A stretch of 64,000 nt of DNA from Octopus vulgaris (lineage: Eukaryota), in NCBI GenBank assembly GCA_951406725.2, contig OX597821.1, forward strand, positions 29,822,001-29,886,000, written 5' to 3'. The notes under the pieces are model-generated. The model was not told the origin of the DNA and did no database searches. It saw only the letters and a program-made list of their open reading frames with translations. Shown one piece after another: positions 26,461 through 42,042 of this stretch. Positions within the stretch are counted from its first letter, which is position 1, and every line of letters starts with the position of its first letter. Both the position numbers and the translations under genes were made by a program.

Positions 26461-26695
26461 GTAAAATATGAAAAATCAACAAAAATGCACATTGCAAATA
26501 TAAAAAGGCTTTTTATGACAGGTAACGATAAATATATACATTTAGATGGACTGAGGTAGTAATAAAAGTTATAAAAGTCATTATGAGATGATTATAAAAT
26601 GATAATAAAGTAAGAGAACAAAGCGCATGGTTTCGACAAAATGCTATTCATCGCTTTTTAACAGTTATAAGAAAGCAGTCTGGGTGAAATGCTTT

Positions 26696-26742
<47 letters not shown>

Positions 26743-26805
26743 TATGTATATTATGCATTCATACACACACACATATATATATATATATGTATGTATATAT
26801 ATATG

Positions 26806-26872
<67 letters not shown>

Positions 26873-27669
26873 ATGTATGTATGTATATAAAGCCCTCGTA
26901 TAAAAGATAAATGCTAAAATCTCTATACGGAGAGTACCTCTATTATTGATGCTACCAATAAAGGAGCAGTGGTATACACATATATACATACATACATATA
27001 TTCATACATACGTACATATATATATGAATGTATGTATGTATCTGTGTACATATGTTTCTCGATTCCTAAAGAGAGAAAGTAAATATTCTCGGTAAAATTT
27101 AGTCTGTTCACCGGATGTATAAAATACAGCACATTACATATTCTACTATGCGCTGAGGGTAACAAAGCTCTACAGGAGCAGCATATGGAAAACACATGCA
27201 CACATTTTCGCCTTGTTCCTCGCTATTCACACGTTTATATTAAATGAATTGCAGCTTGGTAAGTCTTAAGGTAGTGTTTGCTGCCTTTTATATATAGGAA
27301 TAAAAGATCCAGGTTAGTCCCAAATGATCGAAGTAGTATCCCTCACTGAAGAACGAAATCACACCAAAACATCATGTCCAGTCGTCTGCTTGCTTCACTT
27401 AGAACATGCCTCGATGCGGATTCGTACACCAAAGCTATAGAGAGAAAGCCATTTCTCTGAGGCAAAATCCAGCTGTTCTTTTCTTTCACATTCTGATGTA
27501 GAGAAGTGTGTTAAAAATAAATGTGCACATATTTATTTATGTCCTCAGTACTTACTGTACACACACTCACACACACACACGCGCACACGCATGCATAGAT
27601 TAATAAATACATACATACATTCATACATATATACAGATGCAGATATATATAGGTATGTGTGTATGACTA

Positions 27670-27737
<68 letters not shown>

Positions 27738-28169
27738 TGTACATTATGCATATATTTGTACATATACACCTATATGCAGTGTTCACAAGAAACATCAATA
27801 AAAAACAGTGTTTGACGTACGAAAATCAGAAACACTTCCAGTTCAATGGGATAGGTTGGGACATTAGAAACGAAAGCAAAATAAAATTCTGACAGTTAAA
27901 TGTTCCATAACAATTGGGAATTCGTGGCCGAAAATACTTTACTTATAAAACTTATTTCAAATACAAGGTAGCTATTATCCTTTGACATGGTAAGTACCAT
28001 TCTGTGGCAGTTTTCTTTCTATTAAAATACTACGAAGTTTAGAAATCTAAATATCTTAGCAAGTTACTATAAAGTAAGAATTAGTCTACCAACATCAGCA
28101 TTTTGAATGACCTATGTATAAATGCTACGAAATGTATAAATCTATCTGACTGTCTGTCTGTCTGTCTGC

Positions 28170-28258
<89 letters not shown>

Positions 28259-28261
28259 CTC

Positions 28262-28480
28262 TCTCTTTACTCTTTTACTTGTTTCAGTCATTTGACTGTA
28301 GCCATGCTGGAGCACCGCCTGTAATCGAGCAACTCGACCCCGAGACTTATTCTTTTGTAAGCCCAGTACTTATTCTATCGGTGTCTTTTGCCGAACCGCT
28401 AAGTAACGGGGACATAGACACACCAGCATCGGTTGTCAAGCAATGCTAGGGGGACAAACACAGACACACAAACACACACA

Positions 28481-28525
<45 letters not shown>

Positions 28526-28678
28526 GACGGGCTTCTTTCAGTTTCCGTCTACCAAATCCACTCACAAGGCTTTGGTCGGCCCGAGGCTATAGTAGAAGAC
28601 ACTTGCCCAATGTGCCACGCAGTGGGACTGAACCCGGAACCATGTGGTTGGTAAACAAGCTAATTACTACACAGTGAC

Positions 28679-28680
<2 letters not shown>
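28262..28680 (-). mobile_element. SINE family A, full length, in (CTAT)n
   Basis: Complete head to tail match to the other copies. Confidence 0.92.
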
Positions 28681-28744
<64 letters not shown>

Positions 28745-28857
28745 CTCGACACAAATGCACATAAAGATTTATAAGAAAATAAATCGTTATTTGAACGGTG
28801 AACAGTGAGATTTACAAGTTCACACGCATATCAATGTTTAATATGTTCTGGTAGATT

Positions 28858-29490
28858 ATGCGAGTTGGGAGAATCGTTACCACATTGGGCAAAATGCTTA
28901 GCGGTATTTCGTCTGCCGCTACGTTCTGAGTTCAAATTCCGCCGAGGTCGACTTTGCTTTTCATTCTTTCGGGGTCGATTAAATAAGTACCAGTTACGCA
29001 GTGGGGTCGATATAATCGACTTAATCCGTTTGTCTGTCCTTGTTTATCCTCTCTGTGTTTAGCCCCTTGTGGGTAGTAAAGAAATAGGTATTTCGTCCGT
29101 CTTTACGTTCCGAGTTTAAATTACGCCGAAGTTGATTTTTAATCTTTCGGGGTCGATAAAATAAGAACCAGTCGAATACTGGGGTCGATGTAATCAACTT
29201 AAGCTCTCCCCGAAATTGCTGGCTTCGTGCCAAAATTTGAAAGCAATATGTTTTGGAAGATTAAGGCGAGGAGAATCGTTAGCATGTCAGGCAAATGCTT
29301 AGAGGTATTTGTGCCGTCTTTACGTTCTTAGTTCAAATTCCGCTGATGTCGTCTCTTCCTCTCGTCCGTTGGGAGTGGATAAAATAAGAACCACTTGAAT
29401 ATTAGCGTCGATGTAATCGACTTAACCCCAAACCCATCCGATCTTTGCTGGCCCTGTGCCAAAATTTGAAACCAATACGTTCTGGCAGAT
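28858..29490 (+). mobile_element. Tandem cluster of SINE family D units
   Basis: Three ttacgttc..agttcaaattccgc..ggggtcgat..aataag blocks; flank aatatgttctggtagatt recurs at ~28840, ~29245 and ~29474. Confidence 0.85.
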
Positions 29491-30029
29491 TCGAACGCAA
29501 ATATGCTAATCGACGTTCGTCAAACAAGAACAGCTTCTTTACGATGCCTGTGTTCATAACACACCAGATTTATTAGAGCTACAGACCGTGGGACATCGGT
29601 GTTTGTCATCGTGTATTTCTTCAAGTAGAAGTGCCACAGCTAACGTATCTAACAACTGCCATTTGCCTCCTACACATGCAAAATCATTAATTTTTGTAAA
29701 ACATTAAGTAGAAGAAAAGATTAAGAATTTTTAATCTAATTTAGTTGATCTCCTGTGTTTTCCAGATGAGATGAAGAAAACCTCCTTTTGATTCTAGACT
29801 TGTCTGTTAACACTTGCAAGAAATTTGTTCTAAAAGTTAATTTTATACTTTTAATTGAAATTATAAAGTGAAAATTGCTATTAAGGGGGAAATGAAGAAC
29901 CGCTTGCATTTTTAAAAGTCGCACTCCGACGAGAACAACGGCGCCTTGTGAAATATGAAACATCGGAACTAAAATACAGTCACAAATAATGAAATCGGTT
30001 TAAGAATAACAATCCAAGCAAACTCAAAT

Positions 30030-30590
30030 TCTCTTTATTTTCTTTTACTTGTTTCAGTCATTTGACTGTGGCCATGCTGGAGCACCGCCTTTAATCGAGC
30101 AACTCGACCCAGGGACTTATTCTTCTGTAAGCCCAATACGTTTGTAAGCCCAGTACTTATTCTATCGGTCTCTTTTGCCGAACCTCTAAGTAACGGGGAC
30201 ATAAACACACCAACATCGGTTGTCAAGCAATGCTAGGGGGACAAACACAGATACACAAATACACACACACATACATATATATACATATATACGACGGGCT
30301 TCTTTCAGTTTCCGTCTACCAAATCCACTCACAAGGCTTTGGTCGGCCCGAGGCTATAGTAGAAGACACTTGCCCAATGTGCCACGCAGTGGGACTGAAC
30401 CCGGAACCATGTGGCTGGTAAACAAGCTACTTACCACACAGCCACTCCTGGCTGTGTGGTTAAGAAGTTTGTTTTGCAAGCATGTAATTTCGGGCTCAGT
30501 GCCATTTCGTGGCACATTTGGCAAGTGTTATCTACATGAGCACCCAGACTGACCAATGCCGTGTGAATGAATTTGGTGGTAGGAAACTGT
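30030..30590 (-). mobile_element. SINE family A (minus, 30030-30450) head-to-head with an older plus-strand head (30449-30590)
   Basis: ..accacacagccactcct|ggctgtgtggttaagaag.. junction. Confidence 0.88.
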
Positions 30591-31069
30591 TAAACACACA
30601 TTTACTTACACAAATTCACACAGGTACTGATGACAACAAAATGCATAGAGGTTGGTAAGGTGTATGAAATGCATTAATATAAGTGATGCTGGTGGCGATG
30701 ATGCTGAAAAAAAGTCTGTAAATAATAAGTGATATAAATAACGTTGGTTGGTTGATTTGTTGGTAGATACATCGTGTAGAGAGATGGGGAGAGACAGTTA
30801 AAGGGAGATAGTTAACGTATGAAGTGCAGGATAAATGCACATACTAGGCTGGATGTCAGGCAATGAGTAAAGAAACGCTGCACAAGCAGTGAGAGAGAAA
30901 TAAAACATAGAAAGGAAGAAAAGGAGTTGGAGGGAGAGAAAGAGAAGGAGGGTGATGTGAGGGATGAGCGGGATTAAATGATAGGCTAGTTACGGGATGA
31001 GTTATACAAATGAGAAATTGTTTTCATATCTCGTAATTTTATTTTAAAGTAACCCATATCATTCTTTTG

Positions 31070-31234
31070 AAGCGCAGACATGGCTCTGTGGTTAAAAAGC
31101 TCGCTTTCCAGCCACGTAGTTTCGGGTTCAGTCCTACTGCGCGGCAACTTGGACGAGTGTTTTTTTACTATAACCTCGGACCGACCAAAGCCTTGTGAGT
31201 GGATTTGGTATACGGAAACTGAAAGAAGCTTGTC

Positions 31235-31333
<99 letters not shown>

Positions 31334-31592
31334 GTGTGTGTGTGCATATGTATATGTATATATCTATGTGTGTGTCTATGTCTGTATTTGTCCCCCACTA
31401 CTGCTTGACAACTGGTGTCGGCGTATGTATGTATCCGTAAGCTAGCGGTTTGGCCATAGAGAACCAATAGAATAAGTACTAGGTTTGAAAAAAAATTAAG
31501 TTCTAGAGTCGATTTGTTAGACTAAAACCATCCAAGGTGGTGCTCCAGCATGGCCGTAGTCAAATGACTGAAACGAATAAAAAGAGATAAAA
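31070..31592 (+). mobile_element. SINE family A, full length
   Basis: Head tggctctgtggttaa..ggttcagtcc; tail ggtgctccagcatggccgtagtcaaatgactgaaac. Confidence 0.9.
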
Positions 31593-31864
31593 GACGCCAT
31601 AATTCCTGGTATCACGTATTATGGTAAAAGTGTACTTCCAAAGCCACCCATCGTATGGTAGCGAACGCTCTAATCTATGAATCGAAATAAAAACAGGTGT
31701 GAGCATTTGTGAATATCAGTTATAATGCTCTGCTTATCGGAATTGGGTTTTATTTTCATTTTCATATACAAATTTTTTTTAATGTTTATGTAGACGGCGT
31801 CCATAAGACTTGCCTGGGTTTGAATTTGTTCGAACTTGTCATCACCATTTGGTTACGTCTAAGC

Positions 31865-31950
<86 letters not shown>

Positions 31951-31951
31951 G

Positions 31952-32029
<78 letters not shown>

Positions 32030-32075
32030 CATCCATCTCTATATACCTCTCCCTGCCTCCATACGTCTGTCTACT

Positions 32076-32155
<80 letters not shown>

Positions 32156-32946
32156 CATCTCTATATACCTCTCCCTGCCTCCATACGTCTGTCTACTTGT
32201 CTGTCTGTTTGCCTGTCTGTCTGTCAGTCTATCTATCTATCTGTCTGTTTTTATCTAAGCATCTCCTGGTGTGTGTGCGCGTGTGTTGTGTGTGTGTGTG
32301 CGTGCATGTGCGTGTGTGTGCATGTGTGTATGTGTGTGTATGTGTGTGTGTGTGCGTGTGTGTTTCTGCTCGCGTATAGTATCACATAACATCGACATTT
32401 AGAAATGTACCTCTAATGTTACGTCATACTAGTCAGAATGTCGAAGTCGTGTTCAGTGCGAAGCAAAGATGAAATGTTATCACCAGCATAATTTATAGCT
32501 TCTCCATATGATTGTACATATGTATTAGGCTTGTGTAGTTATACTACATACACGCGTGCACGCATACACATACACACGCACACACACACACATATATATA
32601 TTTGTGCATACATGCATACTGTGATTTATACATATACACAATTGTAATTCAAAAGTTGGCTTAGTTTTTTATGAATAGACATAGGTTATTGAAGTTGCTC
32701 ATGCTGGAAGAGTAAGTTTTACTGTATAGTAACTTGCCCTCCTGTCCGTATTCATTGCAGATAATGAATTCCAAGTATAAGCAATGTGCCATCATTCAGT
32801 TCTTTACAAAAAAAGGTTGCTTGTAGTTCGACATCCACGGAAGGCGACAAGTTTTCATTCAGATGACACCGTTGACGTGATCATATGTGCATAGATTGAT
32901 AAATAATTTTAAAAGGGAAATCAGCATTCATGGTATCGCAAAGAAT

Positions 32947-33066
32947 GCTTACGGCCATATCACGTTGAAAGCATCGGTTCTCGTCCGATCACCGAAGTTA
33001 AGCAACGCCGAGCCGAGTCATTACTTAGATGGGTGACTGCTTGAGAAACTTAGGTGTAGTAAGCGT
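32947..33066 (+). pseudogene. 5S rRNA copy, full length, probably a retro-pseudogene
   Basis: gcttacggccatatcacgttgaa..ggttctcgtccgatcaccgaagttaagcaacg..gatgggtgac..gtaagc (120 nt). Substitutions in the 3' half; no oligo-T terminator. Confidence 0.93.
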
Positions 33067-33071
33067 AACAC

Positions 33072-33385
33072 AGTGGAGGCACATGGCCTAGTGGTTAGAG
33101 CAGCGGACTCGCGGTCGAGGGATCGCGGGTTCGAATCTCAGACCGGGCGATGTGTGTGTTTATGAGCGAAACACCTAAGCTCCACCCATCTCCGGCAGAA
33201 GGTAATGGCGAAACTTCTGCTGACTCTTTCGCCACAACTTTCTCTCACTCTTTCCTCCTGCATCTTGCAGCTCACCTGCGACGGACCGGCGTCCCGTCCA
33301 TGTGGGGAACCTATACGCCAAGAAATCGGGAAACCGGCCCTTATGAGCCAGGCATGGCTCGAGAAGGAACAAACAACAACAACAA
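33072..33385 (+). mobile_element. SINE family B fused downstream of the 5S copy, (AAC)n tail
   Basis: tggcctagtggttagagc..ggttcgaatc head; same 3' body as 8531-8845. Confidence 0.92.
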
Positions 33386-34303
33386 CAAAGAATGGATGGT
33401 CTTCAACTGCAGCCTCTGGACACTAACCACTAGCTGATGGTCGATTTGATTCGCACGGACAAACGAGCCGCAATCCATGAGCTTGAATCAAAACTAGACT
33501 ATAGCCACGATACATTACAGAAGATGGTGGAAGACTTTATACAACGGAAAGTGTGTGCAAAGTCGAAACCTCGAAGTTTGCATCTGTGATGAAGGAGAGA
33601 AAATTGTAAGAGTGCTATGATCTGCTGGAAGCATTTGAAATCGATGAAGACAGTATTTTTTTTCGAATTGGTCTCAGGGGATAAAACGTGATAGTATATT
33701 TAAGCAGAAAAAGCGAAGGTTCCCTCCGCAGAATAGCATTACACGTCTTCTTAGAGGTCTATGAATTTCGAGAGCCAGCAACCGAAGCAGAGAGTCACGG
33801 TGACATTTTGCCGATGACAACGTCATCATTGGCCTTGATTTTGAAGAACATTACTGTGCCCTCTCTCAACAACGTGTGGGACATTGGGGCATTCAAAACC
33901 ATTAGAAGCCATTAGAAGAGGAAGAGCAAGAACATGAAAACGATCCACATTCACCGGGATAACACATGACCATGTAAAGATAGGGCTGTTGAATTCCGCT
34001 AGTCAATAGTCCCCATCACCCGTACTGTCCGGATCAGGCATCTTCGGACAAATGAAGAACAGTCTCGCGGAACAACAAATGGATAACACATACAGCGAAA
34101 TCGGCTTTGAAGTGTACACCTAAATTTTTTGGAAGACGATTTGCGAGTTGGTTTCAACAATGCATCGACGAAGAATTTTTTGCATCACATGGCACTATGC
34201 GCCTTATTATTGACATATGGCAGTTTCTAAAATAGTTATGACTTCTTTTGCATTACTTTCGGGACAATACTGTACACACACAAACACACACTCACACACA
34301 CAT

Positions 34304-34340
<37 letters not shown>

Positions 34341-34589
34341 GACACACACACTATATTGGTTATCAATGACAAGAAATTATAAGATCTTTGTAATACGTAA
34401 AAAAGGAAATATTTTAATGATTTAAACTTCCATTCCGCCCAAAATTGATCTACAAAAAATTGTCTCTTCTTTAACAGTTGGCCACCGTGAGTATATCAAA
34501 CAAACACACTCACACGCACATACCCCACCTATATACATATATACATGCATACATGCATACATACATACATACATACATACATACATACA

Positions 34590-34668
<79 letters not shown>

Positions 34669-35434
34669 GCATATATATTCATTCCTCTACCACTTAGGTG
34701 GTCTCTGAAAAGTAACTGACAACGGTGATGTTGCGTCAATTCAGGTAGAGAGACACACACAGTGATACTATAGCACTTACATACAATCAAGTGGCAAAGA
34801 TGCATTTTGAAAGAAAAATCTGTCTGAAATCTTTATTTTTTTAATGTACGAGAGTTAAAAGTGAGTTTTAAAGACCAATTCTGAAGTGAAAATTGAATAT
34901 GGAATGTATAGTGTTTTATTTTATTCGTCTTGGAACATCCAGAAATAAATTACGCGTTCCTCATGTTTTAAAACGAATAAATTCCGTATTGATCACACAT
35001 TTCTCTACTGGAAATTTTAGAAGGAAGCAGCATCATATAAATATATACACGCATACGCTTGCCTACGCAAGCGCACACACACACATATATTCACACAGAC
35101 ATATACAGACATACACACCCACATACATATACACTCGTGCGCATATATAACTGATTCGTCTTATGCACATACATACATTCACACACATAGCATATATGAA
35201 TGCATGTAAGTGTGTGTGTCAATTTGTGCGTGAATGTGTATATATATATTTGTATATATATTTTCTGTAAGTATGCACACACACACACACACACACGCAC
35301 ACATATATATACACATATATAACAACGTGTATATACATGTATATATATTTGTATATATATTTTCTGTAAGTATGCACACACACACATATATATATACATA
35401 TATAACAACGTGTATATACATGTATATAAGAATG

Positions 35435-35494
<60 letters not shown>

Positions 35495-36955
35495 TATATA
35501 TATAGTATACATATGTTTACTATATTCATGCAAATTTCTAAATAAAAATGTTAAACATTTTGACAGAGTCTAGGATAATAAAGAATATTCTAGAGTTATT
35601 AATTTTAAAACCCCAAAAATAAAAACAACACATCTAAATTCATTAAAAGCTTTTAAAACTGAATAAATTCGGATACTAAAACGCGAAGGAAGAAAAGTTA
35701 TAAAAACATAAAAGGAAGCGAAAATGGCGGATTTCACACGTAGGTACGCATACATACGTTTATGCAAACTTGTATATATACACAAAGTGGCACAGAAACA
35801 CGTATATATGCATACGTACACGAACGCATGCAGATGTATGCTCGATTTTATATAATAGCTAATCTATCTATGTGCTTCTGTGCTTCAGTATCACTCGCTT
35901 TCTGTGTAACTATCGTCTTTCTGCTAATCCATCTCTTTCCATCATTTCTGCCAGACACATATATATCTGTATGGGTGTGTATGTATGTATCTACCTACTT
36001 ATGTATGTATGTATGTATGTATGTATGTATGTATGTATGTATGTATGTATGTATGCAGGTATGAATGCATGTATGTATATATGTATGTATGTATATATGT
36101 ATGAATGTATGTATGTATGTATCTATGTATGAATGCATGTATGTTTATATGTATGTATGTATGTATGTATGTATCTATGTATGAATGCATGTATGTATGT
36201 ATGTTTGCATCTACCTATGTCTCTATCTATCAACCTATCTACACACCCATACATACACAGGCACAACACACACAAACGCACATGCACACACACATATATG
36301 TATGTATTTGTATATATATATATATATATATATATACATACATATATATTTATGTATGTATGTTTGTATGTATGTATGTATGTATGTATGTATGTTTGTA
36401 TATATATATATATGTAATGTATTTGTTCATATATATACATACACATATTCTCTCTCACCCACACATGTATTAAAAATCATATTTGACACGTTGGTTTCCA
36501 TATAGACGCGTAAACGGGCACTCTCACATACACATTATTAGAGGCTGCAAATCTTAGAAGGTAAATCAAAATTTCTCAGTTGATTTTTATTCACAACGAT
36601 TGAAAGAAAGGTATAGCACGATAACATAACATGAAACATATTCGTAAGTATTAGCTTAAATACTGTCCCACATTAATCGTTCGAATAATCGGCAATGTGA
36701 AACACAGAGTTTGCGATTCAAGAAGCTTAAATACCAAACAATATACACACGCAACTACAAGATGTTTGCTTTCGGCACCACGTGGTTTCGGATTCAATTC
36801 CACTCCATGACACTTTGGCCAACTGTCTTTTGCTATAGCGTCAGGCTGACCAAAGCCTTCTGAGAGGATTTGGTGAAAGGAAACTGTAATAAGTCAGTCA
36901 TATGTACGTCAATCAATCAATCAATCAATCAATCAACCAATCAATCAATCAATCA

Positions 36956-37046
<91 letters not shown>

Positions 37047-37224
37047 ATATCTATCTATTTATCTATCTAGCTATATATATATATATACACCTAATTATGT
37101 ACAGCTTTTTCTGCTCTCATATGTGTATAACAATGCAATCTTCTCATCAGGAAAGAAAGAGAGCCTATCTCAACAAGAAGACATTATAACAATTATGATG
37201 ACTGACTAAATGATATATAGATGT

Positions 37225-37390
37225 ACACGACAGTATTCTTTTAGTTTCCATCTACCAAATCCAATCACCAGGTTTTGGTTGGCCCAAGGCTATGGAAGAC
37301 ACTCGCCCAATGTGCCACGCCGTGGGAATGAACCCGGAACCATGTGGTTCGTAAGCAAGCTACTTACCACACAGCCACTTCTGCGATGTA
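37225..37390 (-). mobile_element. SINE family A 5' half (another head at ~36770-36890, +)
   Basis: gaacccggaaccatgtggtt..gctacttaccacacagccac. Confidence 0.8.
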
Positions 37391-37694
37391 GGCGCAGAAG
37401 CATTCGAAGAGCACCAGATTTTATGTTGTCATTATTGAAGATGAAAACCAGGCATGGAAGCATTTCGTTCGTCTTCACGTTGTGTTTGTTCATATTCCAC
37501 TAAGGTGGACTTTGCCTTTCTCGGATCAATAAAATAGGTACCAGTTGAATACTGGGGTCGATGTGACCGAGGCACACTTCTGCTAGTACTACTGGTTCTG
37601 TATCAACATTTGAAACCGATATTACAATAGAGTTTTAACAACAACAACAACAAGAAAACACCGCGTTTCTTAGACTATATCGCAAAATCTGGCT

Positions 37695-38030
37695 GGGACC
37701 CCCTTCGGTCACGACACTGACCATGGGATTGCACCTTGAAAGTTACTCTCCCAGACACAAGTCTGGGCAAGGTTGTTTATGGAAGACCAGCAGTCGCCCA
37801 TGCATACCGCCTCCCCTCTCCACGCCACCAGTGTTATCCAAGGGAAATGCAGCAGCCGATACAGCTTGGCACCCGTGATGTCGCAACTCATTTCTACAGC
37901 TGAGTGAACAGGAGCAACGTGAAATAAAGTGTCTTGCTCAAGAACACAACACGCAGCCCGGTCCGGGATTCGAGCTCACAACCTCACGATCGTAAGCTCG
38001 ACGCTCTAGCCGCTGAGCCATGCGCCTTCA
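37695..38030 (-). mobile_element. SINE family C (tRNA head, gtgttcttgagcaagacactttatttcac core); degenerate copies at ~44727-44950 (+) and ~54880-55010 (-)
   Basis: Minus strand tgaaggcgcatggctcagcggctagagcg..gctcgaatccc A/B boxes. Confidence 0.88.
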
Positions 38031-38160
38031 ATATATATCACAAAATACGTTTCAAACAATAGATACGATTATCGATCATAATGAAGTTATTGGCTATCGA
38101 ACACAATTTCTACATTCTTTGGCACCTCAGGTTTTCATCATCACTAACTACAACATAAAA

Positions 38161-38710
<550 letters not shown>

Positions 38711-39194
38711 AATTCCTCATCTCTTAAATATAGAACTGTATAAAACATGTTCCTCTAATGCTTCTACGACGTTTACTTCATCCTAAGTTCTGTAATAGCA
38801 CTAGTTTGGTTTCATATTTTGGCACATGCCAGCAATTTCAGTGGAGAGGGTAAGTCGATTATATCGACCCCATCGCTCAACTGGTACTTATTTTATCGGC
38901 GCCGAAAAGATGAGAGGCAAAGTCGACCTCGGAGTAAATTAAACTTCAAACGCAAATATGGACGATATAATGCTGAGAATTTTACTTGGCGTGCTAACGA
39001 TTCTTATTTCTTTATTGACCACAAGGGGCTAAAAACAGAGGGGACAAAGGGGATTAAATCGATTACATCGGCCCCCAGTGCGTAACTGGTACTTAATTTA
39101 TCGACCCCGAAACATACATACATACATATGTTTACAAGTGCATATATATACATATTTATTATATGCGTACATACATAGTTTATATATACACATA

Positions 39195-39240
<46 letters not shown>

Positions 39241-39741
39241 TATATCTAAGTGTATGCGCATGTGTTTATACACACACACAGATGTTGAGAAATACTGAGG
39301 CATATTTATGTACGCGCAAAAAAAATCATGTCTATAAGTGACATATGTACATTACACTTATGTATACACATAATCACACGCATATAAATCCATACATATC
39401 TACGTAGAAATGAAATGTTTCTTCTCGATAAAAGCATACATTACTGTATGTATGTATACATATATATAAATGCAAGACTTGTAGATTAAATTTGATTTAA
39501 CATTTTTTTTCAATAAAATATATATTTTGCTTTCAAAAATACGTTCATTTTTAAACGCAATTAGGAAGCAAAAATATAGAAACTGATGGAAAATAGCCCA
39601 AAATAATTTACAAATATATCACAGCAAAAACAACGAAAACTAAGAAGTAAAATTGTCAGCATCGATGTAATAAAAATAAGGAAAACATTTAAAGATCTCA
39701 TAGGAAGACTTATAGAGGATATCTATCCATCTCTCTCTCTG

Positions 39742-39773
<32 letters not shown>

Positions 39774-39819
39774 CATATACATATACTCTATATATATCTT
39801 ATCTACTAAAGACTGAAAA

Positions 39820-40259
39820 TTTTTTTCCTTGACATTTATGTATATTCTTTGTGCGTGGGGGTTTTGTGTCTACACGTACATACATACATACATACATACA
39901 TACACACATGCACACATACACGTCAAGGTTACCAGCCCCTGTCCATTCGCACACTCACGCTCTCACATACACACGCACGCACACCTTCGTTTTGGAATCA
40001 CCACTACTTTATTATCTCCCCTTCTTCCTAACTCTCCTGTCTGACCACCTCTGTCCCGCAATCGCCATGATTGATCGCTAGCTACTAAAACTTACTTTCT
40101 TTATCCTCTCTCTGTTTATTTTCTCGTGTTCCTTTCTGTTGAAAAGCGTAGGTTCGAAACGTAAAAGACTTTCTCACCTTCCCGAGCGTTAAACTCAAAC
40201 ACTTGTTTGTTATTTATACACCTGTCTTCGTCTTTTGGGATTTTTTTGTAAACTCTAAC

Positions 40260-40358
<99 letters not shown>

Positions 40359-40746
40359 CATATATATGCATATGTATGCATACATACATGCATACATACA
40401 TACATAAATACATACATACATTTATGGGCATATGTATATAGGTGTCTGTTACTATTTATCAATATTTCGATCAAGTGATCACCCATTGTCTTAGTCTCCT
40501 TTATTCTTTCTATCACTCTCCTTAACTTATCCTACATTTCTCCCTCTCACTCTACGTCCGTCTGCGTTTCCCGCCTCTCTCTCCCTCCCCCTCTCTCTCC
40601 ATACATATATATATATATATGCATCTGAATTGGCATACATAAAAATGCTGAAAATGTACACAAAAGATAAATCGAATTCTACTCAGAGAAAAGTTTGGCA
40701 ATGAGATGGATAGACAGACAGATAGATAGACATATAGATTGATAGC

Positions 40747-40797
<51 letters not shown>

Positions 40798-41462
40798 ATA
40801 AAAATTTGACATACATTATCCGACGTCCCCTATATATGCCTACATAAGCTTCTCAGTTATACACAAATACCGAGACACACATATGCACACACACACACGC
40901 ACGCAGACACATAATGAATGTATCTGTTTAATCTAAATAGGGTTTATTGTATGTTATTTCTGATCAAGTTTATTTTGATGTTATCATAATGTGTGCTATT
41001 CATGGCTTTCTTGGAAATCGATTTTTTTTAAAGTCAAAATTAAGGATCTTTAATTGCACTTTCTGTTTGCGACCGTGCATTTGGTAAATGTAGCTATAAT
41101 TCCACTTAAGGACTTATTATTTATAGAGGCGGTTATCATAATCTGTATGCTATGTTATTGTTGGGAAACTTTTTAGCATAACCTTCCTAGGATTTTTGGA
41201 TTGTTCAAGAATGCAGTGTTCTTTTAGGGCTCGTGAATTTTGTGTGGCCCATCGAGATTTTCATTTAAACTAATTAAAGGTGTTTGTTATTTTATTTCAT
41301 TGGATAGTATGTAAATATTATAGTCTAATGACTAATTCGTTTTTGTTCTAGGCCACTGTTAATAATAATTTCTTATTACCCTATTATTAAATATTCTCTG
41401 ATAAATGTTTTCGAAATTTTTACCGGCATCCTCTCTGTCGCCGGGTATAATCTGCGACTGCG
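39820..41462 (+). repeat. Left arm of a ~1.6-kb inverted duplication (partner 48587-50185)
   Basis: Continuous reverse-complement match; mirrored ORFs in the track (e.g. MSNFYTSLSL.. at 40552- and 49217+). Confidence 0.95.
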
Positions 41463-41747
41463 CAGTGGTCTGAAAAGTTAGAATATACAAGCAGTTAGCT
41501 TTACATGTGGATCTGGCTGTGTTGTGTATTTGAAATCGAAAGGCCGTCCCACTGATGAAACTGCCCTTTAGCAAATATCTTTTTGCTGGAAATAGTTAGA
41601 AACCATGGTCTGAGAAATAACTGATTTGATAAACGTTTTTAATTTTCATTCCTTTCGAAAATTTCTCCTTATTTGGTGGTTTTGCGTTTTCTACTGCTCT
41701 TTCTAGCACAAGGCTTTCCTATTTGGAGGCCTCTTATTATATATATA

Positions 41748-42042
41748 TCTTTTACTCTTTTACTTGTTGCAGTCATTTGACTGTTGCCATGCTGGAGCAC
41801 CGCCTTTAGTCGAGCAAATCGACCCTGGGACTTATTCTTTGTAAGCCTAGTGCTTATTATATCGGTCTCTTTTGCCGAACCGCTAAGTTACGGTGACGTA
41901 AACACACCACCATCGGTCGTCAAGCGATGCCGAGGGGACATACACAAATACGCAAACATATACACGCATATATATATATATATATACATATATAGGACGA
42001 GCTTCTTTTAGTTTCCGTCTACCATATCCACTCACAAGGCTT
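41748..42042 (-). mobile_element. SINE family A, 5'-truncated by the adjacent RTE
   Basis: Tail and body match; breaks at cactcacaaggctt. Confidence 0.88.

Larger units (their letters stand above)
32636..34274 (+). mobile_element. Degenerate mariner (DD34D) element interrupted by the 5S-SINE insertion
   Basis: Relic motifs AIIQFF, KVC, HRDNT*P and PHHPYCPDQASSD (consensus PHPPYSPDLAPSD); weak TIRs ending in TA. Confidence 0.75.

Noticed and set aside
32947-33066. Functional 5S rRNA gene
   Set aside because: Solitary, no T-run terminator, 3'-half substitutions, and inside a TSD-flanked insertion in a mariner.
41538-41560. GAAA..GTC..CTGATGA as a permuted hammerhead
   Set aside because: Only 3 nt between GTC and the core; stems I and II cannot form.
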